Shown here one piece after another: positions 14,601 through 28,023 of a stretch of 64,000 nucleotides of DNA. The DNA comes from Lama guanicoe. Lineage: Eukaryota. A model generated the notes under the pieces. It was not told the DNA's origin. It searched no databases and saw only the letters and a program-made list of their open reading frames with translations. Location of the stretch: the NCBI GenBank assembly GCA_013239625.1, contig MU053629.1, positions 2,197,567-2,261,566 on the forward strand, written 5' to 3'. Position numbers and translations under genes: made by a program. Positions within the stretch are counted from its first letter, which is position 1. Each line of letters begins with the position of its first letter.

Positions 14601-14886
14601 CCACTGTTTTTTCCCTTTCTTTGAAATATTGTAGCTATTTTAATTTAAAATGTTATATATATATGTTAATACATAACAGGTTTTGAAATGCTATTTTGAA
14701 CAAGTTAATGCATATTAAATTTTTTCTTTTTAAATGCTAGTATGATAGATATCAATAGATATATTCCACATAAATGAAAGTTCTCTGGGGGTTCTCAGTT
14801 TTTTATTAATCTTATTTTAAGACAATAGTAGTCGACATTAGTGCAGTCCACCTGTCTTGTTCAGATTTTCACCATTTTACTTGTCC

Positions 14887-14887
<1 letters not shown>

Positions 14888-14920
<33 letters not shown>
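14888..14920. repeat. (TG)16 microsatellite
   Basis: Perfect TG run seen directly. Confidence 0.95.
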
Positions 14921-14922
<2 letters not shown>

Positions 14923-14929
14923 TTAGGTT

Positions 14930-15058
14930 TAGGATTTTTTTTTTGGTGGGGGAAGGCAATTAGGTTTATTGATTTATTTTAATGGAGGTACTGGGGATTG
15001 AACTTAGGACCTCATGCATGCTAAGCACGCACACTACCACTGAGCTACACCTTCCCCC
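14930..15058 (-). mobile_element. Camelid tRNA-Ala-derived SINE
   Basis: Same head and body as the other copies. Flanked by (TG)n-tttag on both sides as a TSD. Confidence 0.9.
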
Positions 15059-16588
15059 AATGTGTGTGTGTTTAGTTCTGTGCAGTGTTATCACATGTCT
15101 CGGTTGGGTGTCTACCACATAGTCATGATGCAATTCAATCACTGCTTGGATCCCTGTGTAGCTTCCTAACTGTATCCACCTCCTTTCCTCCTCCCACCAA
15201 CCCTTACCCTGGCCACTACTAGTCTGTTCTCTAATTTTGTCATTTCAGAATTATTGGTTGTTTTGAATAAATTAATTAGTACATACTAAAAGCTTTCAAT
15301 TTTAATTTCTAACACAGTAAATATCAACGGATATACATCAATACATAAATAAAAGCTCTATAAGGTTCTCAGTTTTTAAAGCTGTAAAGGTTTCCCAAGA
15401 CCAGAAAGTTTAAGAACAGCTGGCTTAAAGCAGGGAAAATCATTCCCATTTTCCCTTTCCAAGCTACTACAGAGCAAGATGTGGTTTGTGATGTCTCAAT
15501 TAAAATTCTCATGTTTCCTCATAGGACTGTCAATAGGAATGGTGATTAGGTTCTTTAGCAGAGTTTGTCCATCCATGTTATAGCATAGAGAAGTTGAGTC
15601 TTTTCTTCCACCATCTGTGATTCTGAATGATTTGGAGAAAGGCTTTAGCTTTCTGTTGTGTTTACTTTACATAATGGAGTAGAGAAGACATGCTCCAGCC
15701 CTGACTTTTTAGGAAATGAGTATATGAAAGAAAGTAAGAAGTGTGTTCAGGAGAGGAAGTAGTTGCAGCCAAAGAATGAATTTTTCTCCCATTCTTTATT
15801 CTTGAGAAGCTAATTTTAGTGCTTTCCTTGGAACAATACAGCAATAGGAGGATGGATCATCAACCTTTCGTGGGAAAAAAAAATGTAGTCAGTTTCAGAG
15901 GTAGTATTAGGTCTGTTTCATCATTCATCAGCTACAAAGTTAACAGCATTCCTGGAGGAAAATGTAACTTTCAAGCAGGCAGGAGAGTGTAGTGAGAAGA
16001 CTTAGAAGAGCAAGAGATACTTCATTCAGTAAAAACCTTTGCTACAGTAATAGACACTGCCATGTGATTTGGGTTGTGCATTGATTTCATTTATGAGATT
16101 TTTTTTTCCTTTGTTCAGTTTCAAGCATAATTCATTCAGTCCCACACATTGGGAGTTTTAGACAGGCGTAAATATTAGAATCATTTGATCTGCTATCTCC
16201 TTTTCTTTACCACAAGAGGTCTTTAGAGTCTCAGCCTGAGATAGTATAGGGATCATTGCAGGAGAACTCCCTCTGGCTAATCTGTAGGTTATATGTTCAC
16301 TGCACTTGCATTTTCTAGTATACACTGGAACAGCCTTCACTGCTGACCTTGACCAGGTGCTGATTGGTTAAAATTGAGTGCTAAAGTAAGTCTTCTGTGA
16401 ATAATGGAATACGTAGCTTTTAAGAACTGTTTGATGTTTGACTGTGGTGCCAACTGCTATGTCTTTCCTTGTCTCTTTTTCCTCTTGGCCTTCTGCTACA
16501 AAATGTCTTGGAAATTAATCAGAGTAACAATCAATTTCTTTTTCAAAGCAGCCCAAGTGAAATATGGAAACTCAGCAAAGCAACAGGC

Positions 16589-16671
16589 CTCTTTTCTCTT
16601 CCCCTCCTCTCGCCTCCCTCCTCCTTCCCTCCTTCCTTCTTCCCTCCCTCCTTCCTTCCTTCCTTCTTCTT
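16589..16671. repeat. Polypyrimidine (CCTT/CCCT)n tract
   Basis: About 80 nt of pyrimidines with a single G. Confidence 0.9.
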
Positions 16672-19600
16672 GGACAGGCACTTAGAGAGGTACTTAGTTT
16701 TTGAAAAGGGGCTGATTACCTCCTTCACTAATAGTTAGATGTTAAGCTGTTTTGGGATGTACTTGGAATATTCTGCTGCATTCTGACAAGAGCTTTGTGG
16801 AGAGGAAGAATTTGGATTTCTCCCTCCATCTTCAGTTATTCTGATTTCCATCCATCAGCCTCTCACAATAGAGAATTACTGATTTCAGAATGAGCAAAAA
16901 TAATTGCTAACTATTTTTTTAAATACAGTAAACTTATTTTGTCTCAAAATGCCAATCAACAGAAGGCAGTTCAAATAACTAAGTACATTCCCCCCTGTTT
17001 TAATTTGAGAGAGAAATTACCTGGTCTTTTTTTTTTTTTTAAAGTAACTCACAATAAAAAGTTTCTGAGCAAATCAAGTTTAATATAATACATCGGCGGG
17101 AGGAGCACTTATATGTTTGTCCATGGATCAAGAATGTATATTACTGTTAGTATTGCTAATGCCGAGTCACTGAAATCTTGAAGGACCTATGAAGTTATTG
17201 ACAAAAAAGAACATCTTATTAATACAGTATTTAGTATATTTGATGCCATTCTACTTTCTGCACAATCTTTTCTGATAAATCTGAACATTCATCTAACCAT
17301 TTTCCCCAATAATCTTGGATAAAAGGGAGTTTCTTAGAGTTATTGCAGTTATCAGTAGAAGGAGCTTCCTTTCAGCCTTTTGACTGTGAAGGTAAAAATG
17401 TCAGACTCATATTTGTGAAGGGGAGAGTCTGTTCCAAATATTTTTTTCACTGCATTTTCTACCCCTAAAATTATGTTGCAACCTTGACATTTTTCCTCTA
17501 TTAGTGCCTCTCAAATGTGAGAAGCAGCTGAACTCAGTGTATAATTACTTCTTGGGGGAAATTAGTGGCTCTGGCCTTTATTCTCTCCAGTCCTCATTTC
17601 TGTGTCACCTGCCTATCAGCACTCAGATCCCTTAATAGGTGCTAATAGACTAATATCTAAAGGTAAACTTAAAAGAAGTATTATTAAAAGATAAAGGACA
17701 TGAAGTGCTGGGAAACTTAAGAGATTTCCATCTGTAACCTCTAAGTCTGTTTACAGGTTTTTGTTTTGTTGTTGGCCTTCCCATTTCAGTGAGCCCCATG
17801 GTCCATGGTGGCGTTTCTTAGCATTTTTGAATATGAGAATTGGCCCAGCTTTTATTGTTGTCATAGTTGTTAAGACATTTAATGACCTTGACTTTTTATA
17901 TTTCTATTCCTTATGTTCCCTGCTGGCATCAGTCTCTTGACAGTCCCTGCTCTTATATCCTAAGTATGTGGTAAAGATGGCAAAATGAGTCATTTTTTAA
18001 ATTTTTACCCTCCTGGAGAGTGATAAATGAAGCTGCGTTTGTTCCAGTGAATAGTAGAATTTGAAATCCCACAAAGCCACCTAGGTTATTAGATGAATAT
18101 CGCAGAGCTGCTTATTATGCACTATGGCTTAATGTAGATTATAGATGTGACCAAACAGTAATTAGCAGAGCTAGAGCTGTAATTAAACATTATTGTGCTG
18201 CTCTGTGATTTCTCCTTAGATTTCTGTTGCAAAGTAGAAGGAAACTGAGTAGTCGTTCCAAATCCATAGGTGGATTTCCTCATTTCTCCCCACCCCCAAA
18301 ATCTCACTTAATTAGCTAGATAATTAAAGTCATCCTCACACAAAGATCCTGAACTCTACTTAGTAACTTAACTCTGATCAGTAAGGGCAGCTTGATGCAC
18401 ACACACGTTAATCAGCTCCTTCCGTGTATTGTTATACTTAGTGATCAGTTCAGCTAAGTTTCTTCTCTTCAGGTTTAGTTTGGCAACGGTGTTTTGTATT
18501 TATATCTTAGATGTTGTTTTCTGGATCTGTCAGTATAGAATTGCGAGCCTGGTTTTGTCTAGAATGTTAGTAGCTTATCTTTCCCTTGGCCTCTCAGCAG
18601 TACTGAATAACCTAAAGCCTAACAGGAAATGAAACCACCTCCAGAAAAGAGCTGTCTGTGATGGCTGAGAGAGTGTGCAGGGGACCCCCTGCAGACTTAC
18701 CTCCCTGGGTACTCGGGATTGCTGCCTCAGCGATGAACTGGGTTGGCAGTAGGACTTGCCCAAGTGAGGCAATCAGGAAATTCACAGGAGTAGCCTAGAA
18801 GGTTTAGGCCAATTTCTGTGTCCAACAAAGAAGACAAAAAAATTTCTCTGCTAGTAAAAGAAAGATATAAAAAAGGCAACAAACTGCAAGTAAAGGAAAT
18901 GCACATACTGTCAAGCTGCTTCTAACTCAGTTCTCCAAGAGAAAGAACCAAGACATAGAGGTGTGGCCCCTCTCTAGTATCTCTCACGGGTAAAATGTCC
19001 AGGAACCTTTCTTTCCAAAGAGTTAATGAACCGCTTTTTTGTAGCTTTCCTGAGAGGGCTTAGTGATTAGAACCAGAATCCAGCACTACACAGTAGCAGC
19101 AGGAAATCCGGTTTACTTTTTTTGTGTTGCTTTCACCTTCAGATATATTCATAGAAGTTTTAAAGGGTCTTTCAAGGTTTCAGTACCTCCCAAGAATGTT
19201 GCCAAGTTAAATTATAAATGCTTGATTTTCAAGAGTGCAAAAACCAAAAATACCTTTTGGCATTTACCGTTATGCAGAAGATTCATCATTCAGGCTTCTA
19301 CTTTCATTTTATAAGAGTGGAGTTAGGGAAGTACAGGGTGGATGTATGTAACAACAAACAGATAAGGATAATGTTTTGGCAGCTTTTCAAGGACCAGAAT
19401 TAATCAGAATCAGTGTTTTGGCATTCTGTGGACTCTTGACAGTGATGATCTGCAAATAGCACTGACTTCCAATCCAAGAAGTCAGAGCTGGCTGTAGAGA
19501 ATGGGTCTAATGCCCAGATCTCAGCTTCCAGGGTGGTATTCGAGTCCAGGAAGGTGTATGTTCATGCATATACGTGTTAAGAGAAGGGAGATGGATTATA

Positions 19601-20333
19601 GTAGGGTGGTGGTCATGCAGTAAACTATTCTAGAACCAGAGTTCTGTTGCAGAGTTGCCCAGCAGCTTGATTTATGGGTGCATGTGTGCTGGCTCTGAAT
19701 GTAGGTATGTTGAAGGAGTGCATTTAACCTGGAGTAAAAAGTCTTCACAAGGGAAAGAGGGTCCAAATCCTTGACTCTCATTTTCTAGGTCTTCTGATTG
19801 ATTTCATACTTAATCTCTAGGGAAGATCAGTCAGTGTGTGTACTGAGAGGTTTTGCACGTGCAAGACACTGTTTAGTTAGGATGTGGGCACTGTTAACTC
19901 AGTGTTGGTACTTTGTCAACCTGATAGATGCTAGGATTTAAAGAGTTAAGGGATTATTACTCTTTATTACATCTTTTCTTCTAGCTCTAGATGTGTTGCT
20001 TTCTTCTTGGAATCCAAGGAATTGCATTTTTGGTGAGAGGTTCTAGTTTTGGAGGTGAATTGCTGGTTCTTGTGGTTGACTATTCCTGTGTATGTGTACG
20101 TAGTCGACTTCATCTGCAGACTGCTATGGATTGGCCTCTAGATAGTGACAGTACCTCCTGTTTCTTACAGATAAATTTAATGTTAGATTCACACTCCAAA
20201 ATGCCAGTCTCATTAACCAATCAGTGTTATAATCTCTGTGGGTTAAAAAACTCCATCAGATTACTCCCAGTCCTCCTATAACTTTTAAGTAGATTTCCTC
20301 TACCTGAAGATGAACTAAAGATTTAGTCCGCTT

Positions 20334-20491
20334 TTTGTTTTTTTAACATTTCTTTTTAATTTTAATTTTTTGAGGGGAGCAAGGGAGAAGGTAATTGAGC
20401 TTATTTATTTTTAATGGACGTACCGGGGATTGAACGTAGCACCTTGTGCGTGCTAAGCACGGAATCTACCACTGAGCTAGACCCTCCCCCC
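20334..20491 (-). mobile_element. Camelid tRNA-Ala-derived SINE
   Basis: A-box and B-box tRNA head on the minus strand. Degenerate TSD agatttagtccgctt (20319-20333) and aggtctagtcctctt (20492-20506). Confidence 0.88.
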
Positions 20492-21007
20492 AGGTCTAGT
20501 CCTCTTGAAATGGCATTCCTGGGGTCTGGATATTTCTTCCCCTCTTGATCCCTACCTGTATTCTTGGATTTTATACCAGATTAATGTATTATTTGTTGAA
20601 TGATTAGAGGGAAGCAAAGTGGTAGCAGTAAAACATGCCTCAGAAGCTGAGCCTTTGTCATCAATCTATGTGTGCCATTGCTGTTGAAATCTAGTGCTGA
20701 TTCTCTTTCAGTAGAGCTTTTAAAATAAGATGAGGTTTGGGTGTTTTTTAATACACTTTTGGCCAAGCACAGTTTATGAGGAAGATTGTTGATAAGAAAT
20801 AGAGCTTCTCCTAGCCCAGGGTGTGCTCATCTAAACCCCTAGATTTGTAGTGTTATCATGAGCTAGAACTTCACAGTAAGGACCGAGTCTTATATTTAAA
20901 GCCCTGTGCACTCTGGCAGGAAAAGATGTTGGACTGGATTAAATGCAGAGGAAATATTTCCTCTAAATGTTCTCGCAACTCAGCTACAACTTTCTCTTCC
21001 TCTGCAG

Positions 21008-21233
21008 ATGGAGTCCCCTGTCTCCACACCAGCAGTGCTGCCACTGCACCTTTTGGTGCCAGTGGTCAGTAATGACATCTCATCCCCCTGTGAGCAGATC
21101 ATGGTTCGTACCCGATCAGTTGGGGTCAACACATGTGATGTGGCTCTGGCCACAGAGCCAGAGTGCCTGGGCCCCTGTGAACCTGGGACAAGTGTCAACC
21201 TCGAGGGCATCGTGTGGCAGGAAACAGAAGATG
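21008..21233 (+). CDS. ZNF609: Internal coding exon of zinc finger protein 609 (226 nt; phase 0 acceptor, phase 1 donor), equivalent to human exon 3
   Basis: Polypyrimidine tract plus CAG acceptor (tttctcttcctctgcag|ATG at 21008) and a canonical donor (GATG|gtaagt at 21233/21234). The peptide [75 protein letters not shown] matches ZNF609 as I recall it; the paralogue ZNF608 reads WHETEEG here. Confidence 0.95.
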
Positions 21234-24200
21234 GTAAGTGCTACGTGCGGCTTTCCGATCCCTTCTCAACCTGCTTCTGTCAACAGGGGCTAATTGTTAT
21301 AAATAATACCAAGTATTTACTAGGAGTCACAAGTGACCATAGTTTGCTGGTGAGACCTACCCAGAGAGTTATAGCAAACTTCTCTGAAATTGCCCATCTT
21401 CTAGAGATTGCCAGTTTGAAAAATCAGTTATCTCCCCTTCATAGCTATTCAACAGTGTTGGCCCTGGTACTTACACACACATTTGGTAGGTGCTGGCCAT
21501 GTAATTCAGACTGTGTCTGTACACTCCATTTTCCTTGCTATCATTTTATGTAGGAGAATTTGAATATACATGAACTTTTGGGTCAGGCTTGAAGATGAAA
21601 AGTAATAAAAGGGCAGCTGTGGGAGTCAAGGAAATGGAAAACAGGCGCTCTTAAGTTGACTTAGTGTTGGCTCATTGAATATGCAACTCTTGCCGTTTTT
21701 AACACCTGGAGGTGCAGCCAGCTCCTTCCCACTGGTTGCCTCATTGCCCAGCCACCCACACCACTTCATGCATCTGTCACTTAGTGCAGATTTTATAGGC
21801 CTAGGCAACAGGGAATACTGTTTACTTGGTCTTGTTTTCATGCATCTGCTACACAGTTGGCTCACCGTATGGTGCTGCTGCCCAAGGCTACCATCTAGAC
21901 TTCTTGTACGTTCCATTTGCCCCTGAGAATGGAATCTCTTCTGTTTTGTAAGTTCATAAACCTGAACAAATAGGGGGCAAAGGGACCTAACCATGTATTT
22001 CAGATCCCTTGGTACCATCTGTGGCAATCTGATTTCAGTATATATTCTTTTTATAAAGAATCCAAGTGCTTGTCATAGAATGTGTGGTTAGTGAGGCTGG
22101 CCCTCAGAGTCCCATCAGATCTCTGCATCAGTAACCAGACTTTCAAAGTGTCCCCATTCTGAGGAGTTTTGAGGCCCAGAGGAGCACAACTAATTATCTC
22201 TGATTATCATAAGCTGTCTTGTCAGTCTGCCCATAGAAATTCAGGCATTTCATTCTGGTCATTCTAATAAAAGTCTGTTTCTCTGAATATTTTGTTGTGA
22301 TTCAGTACTTAAAGTCTTCATGCAGTAGGTGCTAACGTGACACAGGTTAAAAATTCTGTGTTCTTGTCATTAGCAATATAGTAAAGTTTAAGCTTATAGA
22401 ATAACAAACATTGCTGATGAAGTTTTATTGTGTGCCTAAGACCATAATGCAAAAAGGAAAAGAAAATAATCCTATTGTGTTAGAAACTGATGCAGAGACA
22501 GCAGAGAGAGAGGTTGATCTAGCGGTTGACTCTATATGTATGTGTACAGTATACAACCTAAAATCACAGGTGGCTGCCTCTGATTTTGGAAAAATTCATC
22601 TGCCTTTGGCCAAACATCTGAACAGCCAGAGTCTGTTGGAATGACAAACATATACAGACCACAGCTCTGGGCCACCAAACAAACTTCGGGGCCTGTTGCC
22701 TCATTATATTGAAAATAGAAAACATTAATATCCTGCCAATTTACTGTTTTCTGCTCATCTGTGTGATCATGACTTTCTCCAAGGGCAGTGTGCTTTTCAT
22801 GTATGTGAACCTGAGAATTCACCCTGAGACTGGGGCCAACCCTTTCACCCGCCTGAGAACAGTAGTTACCTTTTTATCTGAGGATCCTGTTCTCCCTCCT
22901 TGTCAGTGGGGATGTTAGTGCAGTTTTTTGTTTTTTGTTTTTTAATTATTTGCTCTGAAAGACTCTGTGATTGTTGCTGGCAGCCTATTACCAAGATCCC
23001 CGTTACACACTTTAAATTCACCCTGTATTTATATCATAGTTTGCAGTTTTGTATATAATTTAACAGGAAAGTATATGTCTTTCTCTTCCACTGTTCTTGA
23101 GCTTTGTGAGCTCAGAAACTGTGTTTTGCTCACCATTATATCCCTAGTACTTAATGCCTGACACCTATCGTAGGCCCTCCAAAATATTTATTTGAGTGAA
23201 TGAATGCTTGCACCTGTGTGATTGTCATTTCTGGATCCATTCATATGTATCTAATAGGTACTGTAATGTCACATGCTTCCAAAATTCTATACCTTCTCAA
23301 ACTCAGAATAAACATTACCCTCACCAGGTTTAAGATCACTCTGATTTATTTAAACCTATAAGATGTTTAATTCTCTTAGTTTTAACACCTTATTTTCTCC
23401 CACTTATATTGTGTTTCAGAGCTTAGTACCTCACTTCTTTCTTTTTGTTTCATCACAAGAGAAAGAATGGTTCTGCAATTTTACACTCTGCTTTCTGGTC
23501 ATCCCAGAGGCCCTTCACCTGAACTGGCTGTTGGCAGAGATCTGAATTGGAATCAGAGTTGGTTCAGATTCCTTTTGATCTTTAGATAACAGATTTTCTG
23601 CAAAGATCATTCTCTCAGATATGTAAGAGCTAGTGTACTGAATCAGTTCTCAAGTTAATAATAAGAACTATTTACAGATATTTAAAAAAAAAATCCTTCT
23701 AGCCTTCTAGGTTTTTTGTTTGCGCTCCGACTCTTTGTGCTTGTTTCTGTTTTCTCTGTCCGACATACTTCTTCAAATGGAAGAACCCATACAGCTTAGA
23801 GAGAAGCCATGAGTGCTTGGCCTCTGAAGGGAAATGAGGATCCTGAGGTCCCTGTAAAACTGAGCCACCTTGCAGAGAACAGGTATAAGGGTCATGGCCT
23901 CAGTTCTTCCTCATTTCTTTGTTCACCTGTCTGGCAGCCTTGCTTCTTTCTTTCCTAGCTCTCACTGTAAACCTTGTCTGGAGGCATTTGGAAATACCTG
24001 CAGATCCTATCTCTTTTTAGGCCATTCCTAATTCAGCCAGCACTACAAAGATCCTCCCTAGGTTCAACCTTAGGACTATTAAGAAGACCGAAGTATAACC
24101 TGGGGTGTTTTCCTTAACTTGAGACTTAGTCTTTGCACTTACACAGAGGCCTGATTCCCCTTGATTTCACTTTGTCCCACCTCACTTCAAATCAGAATAC

Positions 24201-24469
24201 AGGTCCCAAGACTATTTTTGGTTCACAGTCTTACGCTGTTTCCAGGACCAGGGTTAAGGTATCAGGAATCTTAAGGCAGACCATATACTTTTGCTGAGGC
24301 AAAATTGCTTACTGGCTTCTATGGTATTTTAAGGAAAGGCAAAGCTAACTTACTAGATAAGAATTCCAGAAGTGCTACAGGGTCTCCTTTTTAGACCACA
24401 GCACTAAGTTGAAGGCCATCACTAACAGCATATTTCACTTTGGCAGATATACTTTCTAGAAGAATTTGT

Positions 24470-24635
24470 GATACAGTGAAAAGAGCTCTGGAGAGAAAAT
24501 CAGGAGACCTCTATGTCCTTGCCACTATCATTGTGACCTTGGACAAGTTCCTTAACTTCTTCGAACCTTAGTTACCTCATCTCTTAAATACAGTTGAACT
24601 AGGTGACCAGTGAGGACATATCCAGCTTTTAAATT
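24470..24635 (+). mobile_element. MIR (MIR3/MIRc-like)
   Basis: tgtgaccttggacaagttccttaacttcttcgaaccttagttacctcatct. Confidence 0.6.
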
Positions 24636-26144
24636 ACTACACTTAATAAACCTTAGAGTCAGCATGGATCCAGTACTACTTGATTATGGCATATACCAAT
24701 GGACAGTTTCATATACCACTCATGAGAATGAAGTCTGGAAAATATTAATACCATTGGTGAGATTTTATTGTACACTTGCTTCTATAGATTTGTTTAATCA
24801 GAAAAATTGAACTATTTACCTTGCCAGTCTCAAACTGAAGAAATATCCACCTCCCATTTTTCAGTTCCTGATCCTAGACTGACAAGTGAAAGAATTCACA
24901 AAACTGAGCTAGTTGGTTTTGATACAAGTTTATGCTAGCTGACATAAGCTGAGTTCACAGTACCGCTTAACAGTCCCTTCATCTGCCTGTTACGTTCACA
25001 CTCCCCAGTACTTACTTCATTCTCAAGATTCATTAATCCATTCCATTCTCTCTTCAGGCTCTTAAACAACCAAGGTCAAAGCTACCCACCTACATCCTCC
25101 AGCTTCCCTTCTATTTATTAAAATGTACTTTTTATTGTTATTTCCTTTTTCTCTTCTTATTCTGAAGATTCTTTGAGATTTTATACCATGAATTTTATCT
25201 ACTCTTTCTTCTTCATCTTCATTCTTTCCTCTCCTGTTTAAACTCTTTCCCACTGTAACACTTCCTTACAGTGAAAATATTTTCCTCATCCTTGCTACCC
25301 CTTTGAACTACTGACCTCTCCCCTTTTCTTACCTACTTGCTATTGCTGTTTTCGATCTCTTTTTACCTGCCCGGTATCATATAACACCTTGCCATCAGAT
25401 TTCTTCTGCCACTATTTGAAACATTTCTCATACCAATGATTATCTGTTTTCCAAAGGTCGTCTCTGTCTTTCCTTTACTTTTAGAAGCTCTGCTATTTCT
25501 TCATTCTTGGAGCTCTTCTCTCTTGCCTTTGTAATATTGCACTTCCCCAAATTTCCATGTCTCTTTCTAATTAATTTTTCTCTTTATCTTGTGTCACTCC
25601 TTCTTCTTTCATGTATTCATTAGGTTAGAAACTCCTAAAACTGATGGGTTTTAGGATGCTGAAACACTGATCGTTACTGTCCTGTTGTTTTCTAGATGGG
25701 ACCTGTGGCAGCTGGTGCCGCACTCCCTTTGCCTGACAAGCAGCCTCATCCGCAATATATTTTTTCATTTACGGTGTGTGCCATGGTGAGGGAAGTTGAG
25801 GAAACATTGAGTTAAGAATGGGATTTGGCTGCTAGGAACAGAAAATGAAGTAATAATGATTTAATGTAAGAGAATTCTGAAGATAGGCAGTCTAAGGCTG
25901 TTACAATGGCTTCACAAGGAGTTCCAGGCTCCTTACAGTTACTTATTTTTGCAAAATTGCTAATCTAGCTCTAGCCAACATGTGTACTCCCCAAGTTTGA
26001 AAACAGAGGAGAACGGTAAAACAGCATCTGCTTTCTACCTAATCTGTTTCCCTTTGACAAGCTTTTGAACAGTTTGCAAGCTTCTGGTTTTGTGTATTAC
26101 ACCTAATACATTGAAAACCCCAACAGACCACTGGAAAAAAAATT

Positions 26145-26305
26145 TTTTTAACTGTAGTATAGTTGATTCACAATGTTGTATTAGTTTCTGGTTACAGCAA
26201 AGTGATTCAGTTATATGTATATATTTTTTCATATTCTTTTTCATTATAGGTTATTATACGATATAGTATAGTTCCCTGTGCTATACAGTAGGACCTTGTT
26301 GGTAT
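26145..26305 (-). mobile_element. Short lineage-specific L1 3' tip
   Basis: gtatagttgattcacaatgttgtattagtttctgg...ttccctgtgctatacagtaggaccttgttg. Confidence 0.8.
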
Positions 26306-28023
26306 TTAAAAATATTTCCCTTTCAATCATCATATATGTTTTAAATAATTCAGAAGAATAGTGTATGACGTTTACCCAGACAGTTAACATTTCTGTTGTT
26401 CTTCCTCCATTCCTGATGTTCTGAGAGTCCCCTCTGTTGTTTTCCTTCTGTCTGGAGACTCTCCTTTGGTAATTCTTTTAGAGCAGATCCACTGGGAATT
26501 AATTCTGTGAGAACGTCTTTATTTTACTTTTATTCCTAAAAGGTATTTTTTCCTGGGTATAGAAATCTAGGTTTACATTTCTTTCAGTACTTTAAAATGT
26601 TCCGTTTCCTTTTCATCTTCATGATTTCTGAGAAATATACAGTCACTTAAATTGTTATTTGCCTATAAAGTAATATGTCATTTTCCCCTGTTGTTTTCAA
26701 AATGTTTCTGTCATTTGGAGCATTTTGATTATGATATGTCTGACGTGGATTTCTTTGAGTTTATCCTGTTTGAAGGTTCACTTAGCTTCTTGAATGTGTA
26801 AATGTGTCTTTTTTCAAATCTTGGGAGTCTTTGGCCATTGCTTCTTCATTAATTCTTTTTGTTCCGTGCCACCCTCTTTCTCCTCTCTTTCTAGGACTAC
26901 AGTGTCATGACTATACACCAATCCTTACTTGTTTCCACCTAGGATTTCTGTGTCTGTTCTTCTCTATTAGACTATAAGATGGTTAGGCCAGGAACTGCAT
27001 TTTATATATCACTGTATTTCTCCAAGGATTAGTTCAGTCTTTACACAGAAAGTAAAATAATCACTAAATATTTGATTAATAAAATTGACTGTGTGGTTAA
27101 AACTTGTCACTTTTTTGGTAACCTCTCGGGCTCATTCGCTAGTTATTGATTAAAAATAATGAAGAATTTTGTAAGGTGCTTTCTTTGTTTTTTGTTTTTG
27201 TTTTTTTTTTTGTAACAGTTGCTCCCAGCACCAGTTTTTTGAAATTACAAAAGTCAGTGATAGAACCTCCAGAGATTTTTCAGAGGAAATGGTTTGAAAT
27301 TATACTCTGAGGAACTTGAGCATGGAGGAACCTCAGAAGCAGTCATAAATAAGGAGTGAGGGGTGCTGAGTGGACAGGCCCCAGCCCCCACCTCTGCTAC
27401 TCCAACAGATGAAACCCAGAGGAGTTCTACTTTGGGGTGACTTATATGTTAAGGTCCTTTGTAAAACTATGTTTGAAGAGGAGTCTTCTGTTTTGATAAT
27501 CATTTATCTAGGTTCACCCTCCCACTCCACGTTGAAATTCTCTTACAACATCTCTGAAATTAGTCTGGTCTTCTTTTGCTGGAATATCAGAAAGACAGAA
27601 GTTGTAGTGCTGTACCATGTTTTTGAAGCTGAAGTGAGTGCAGCTCCCTTATATGCCAGAGGGTATGAAAAGCTGAATTCTAGCTTAATGATTTGGTGGG
27701 GTGGAGAAAGTTTTCAAGTTTTGCACTTGGTGAAGGTTTTGTTATATATATGGGTAAGCAGACATGGAAAGGCTATGCATTTCCTTCTCCACATCAGGGT
27801 GTACATTTTTATTCCAGCAACTAGCAGTGTCTGAAACTGAGAAGAATTGTGTCCAGGAATAATAGTGCCTTAAAGGCATAGTCGTGCAGAACTAGTATCT
27901 CTGAATTAGAGTCAAGAGAGTTGGATTCCAGAACAGATTATACATTTAGCTAGCAGTGTGATCTTGGATAACTCTCTGAACTTCTCCTGCCCTTAGATTT
28001 CCTACTTATAGGGGCTTGGGCTA

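Larger units (their letters stand above)
13350..15422 (+). mobile_element. Charlie1a-like hAT DNA transposon with nested L1 fragments, (TG)n and a SINE
   Basis: ggtcaaaactgttttcataataatgctaaggcattatttgccttttttcactctgttgacatttgcac (Charlie1 5' region), decayed transposase sequence, and 3' end gaccagaaagtttaagaacagctg. Confidence 0.8.

Noticed and set aside
16404..16738. Four overlapping ORFs
   Set aside because: Artefact of the stop-free (CCTT)n low-complexity tract.
20906..21553. 215-aa ORF as a standalone gene
   Set aside because: Only 21008-21233 matches a known protein and it is bounded by canonical splice sites. The rest is intronic read-through and the listed start is GTG.
27370..27834. 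154-aa ORF
   Set aside because: No recognisable domain, GTG start, no convincing splice context; expected by chance in intronic DNA.
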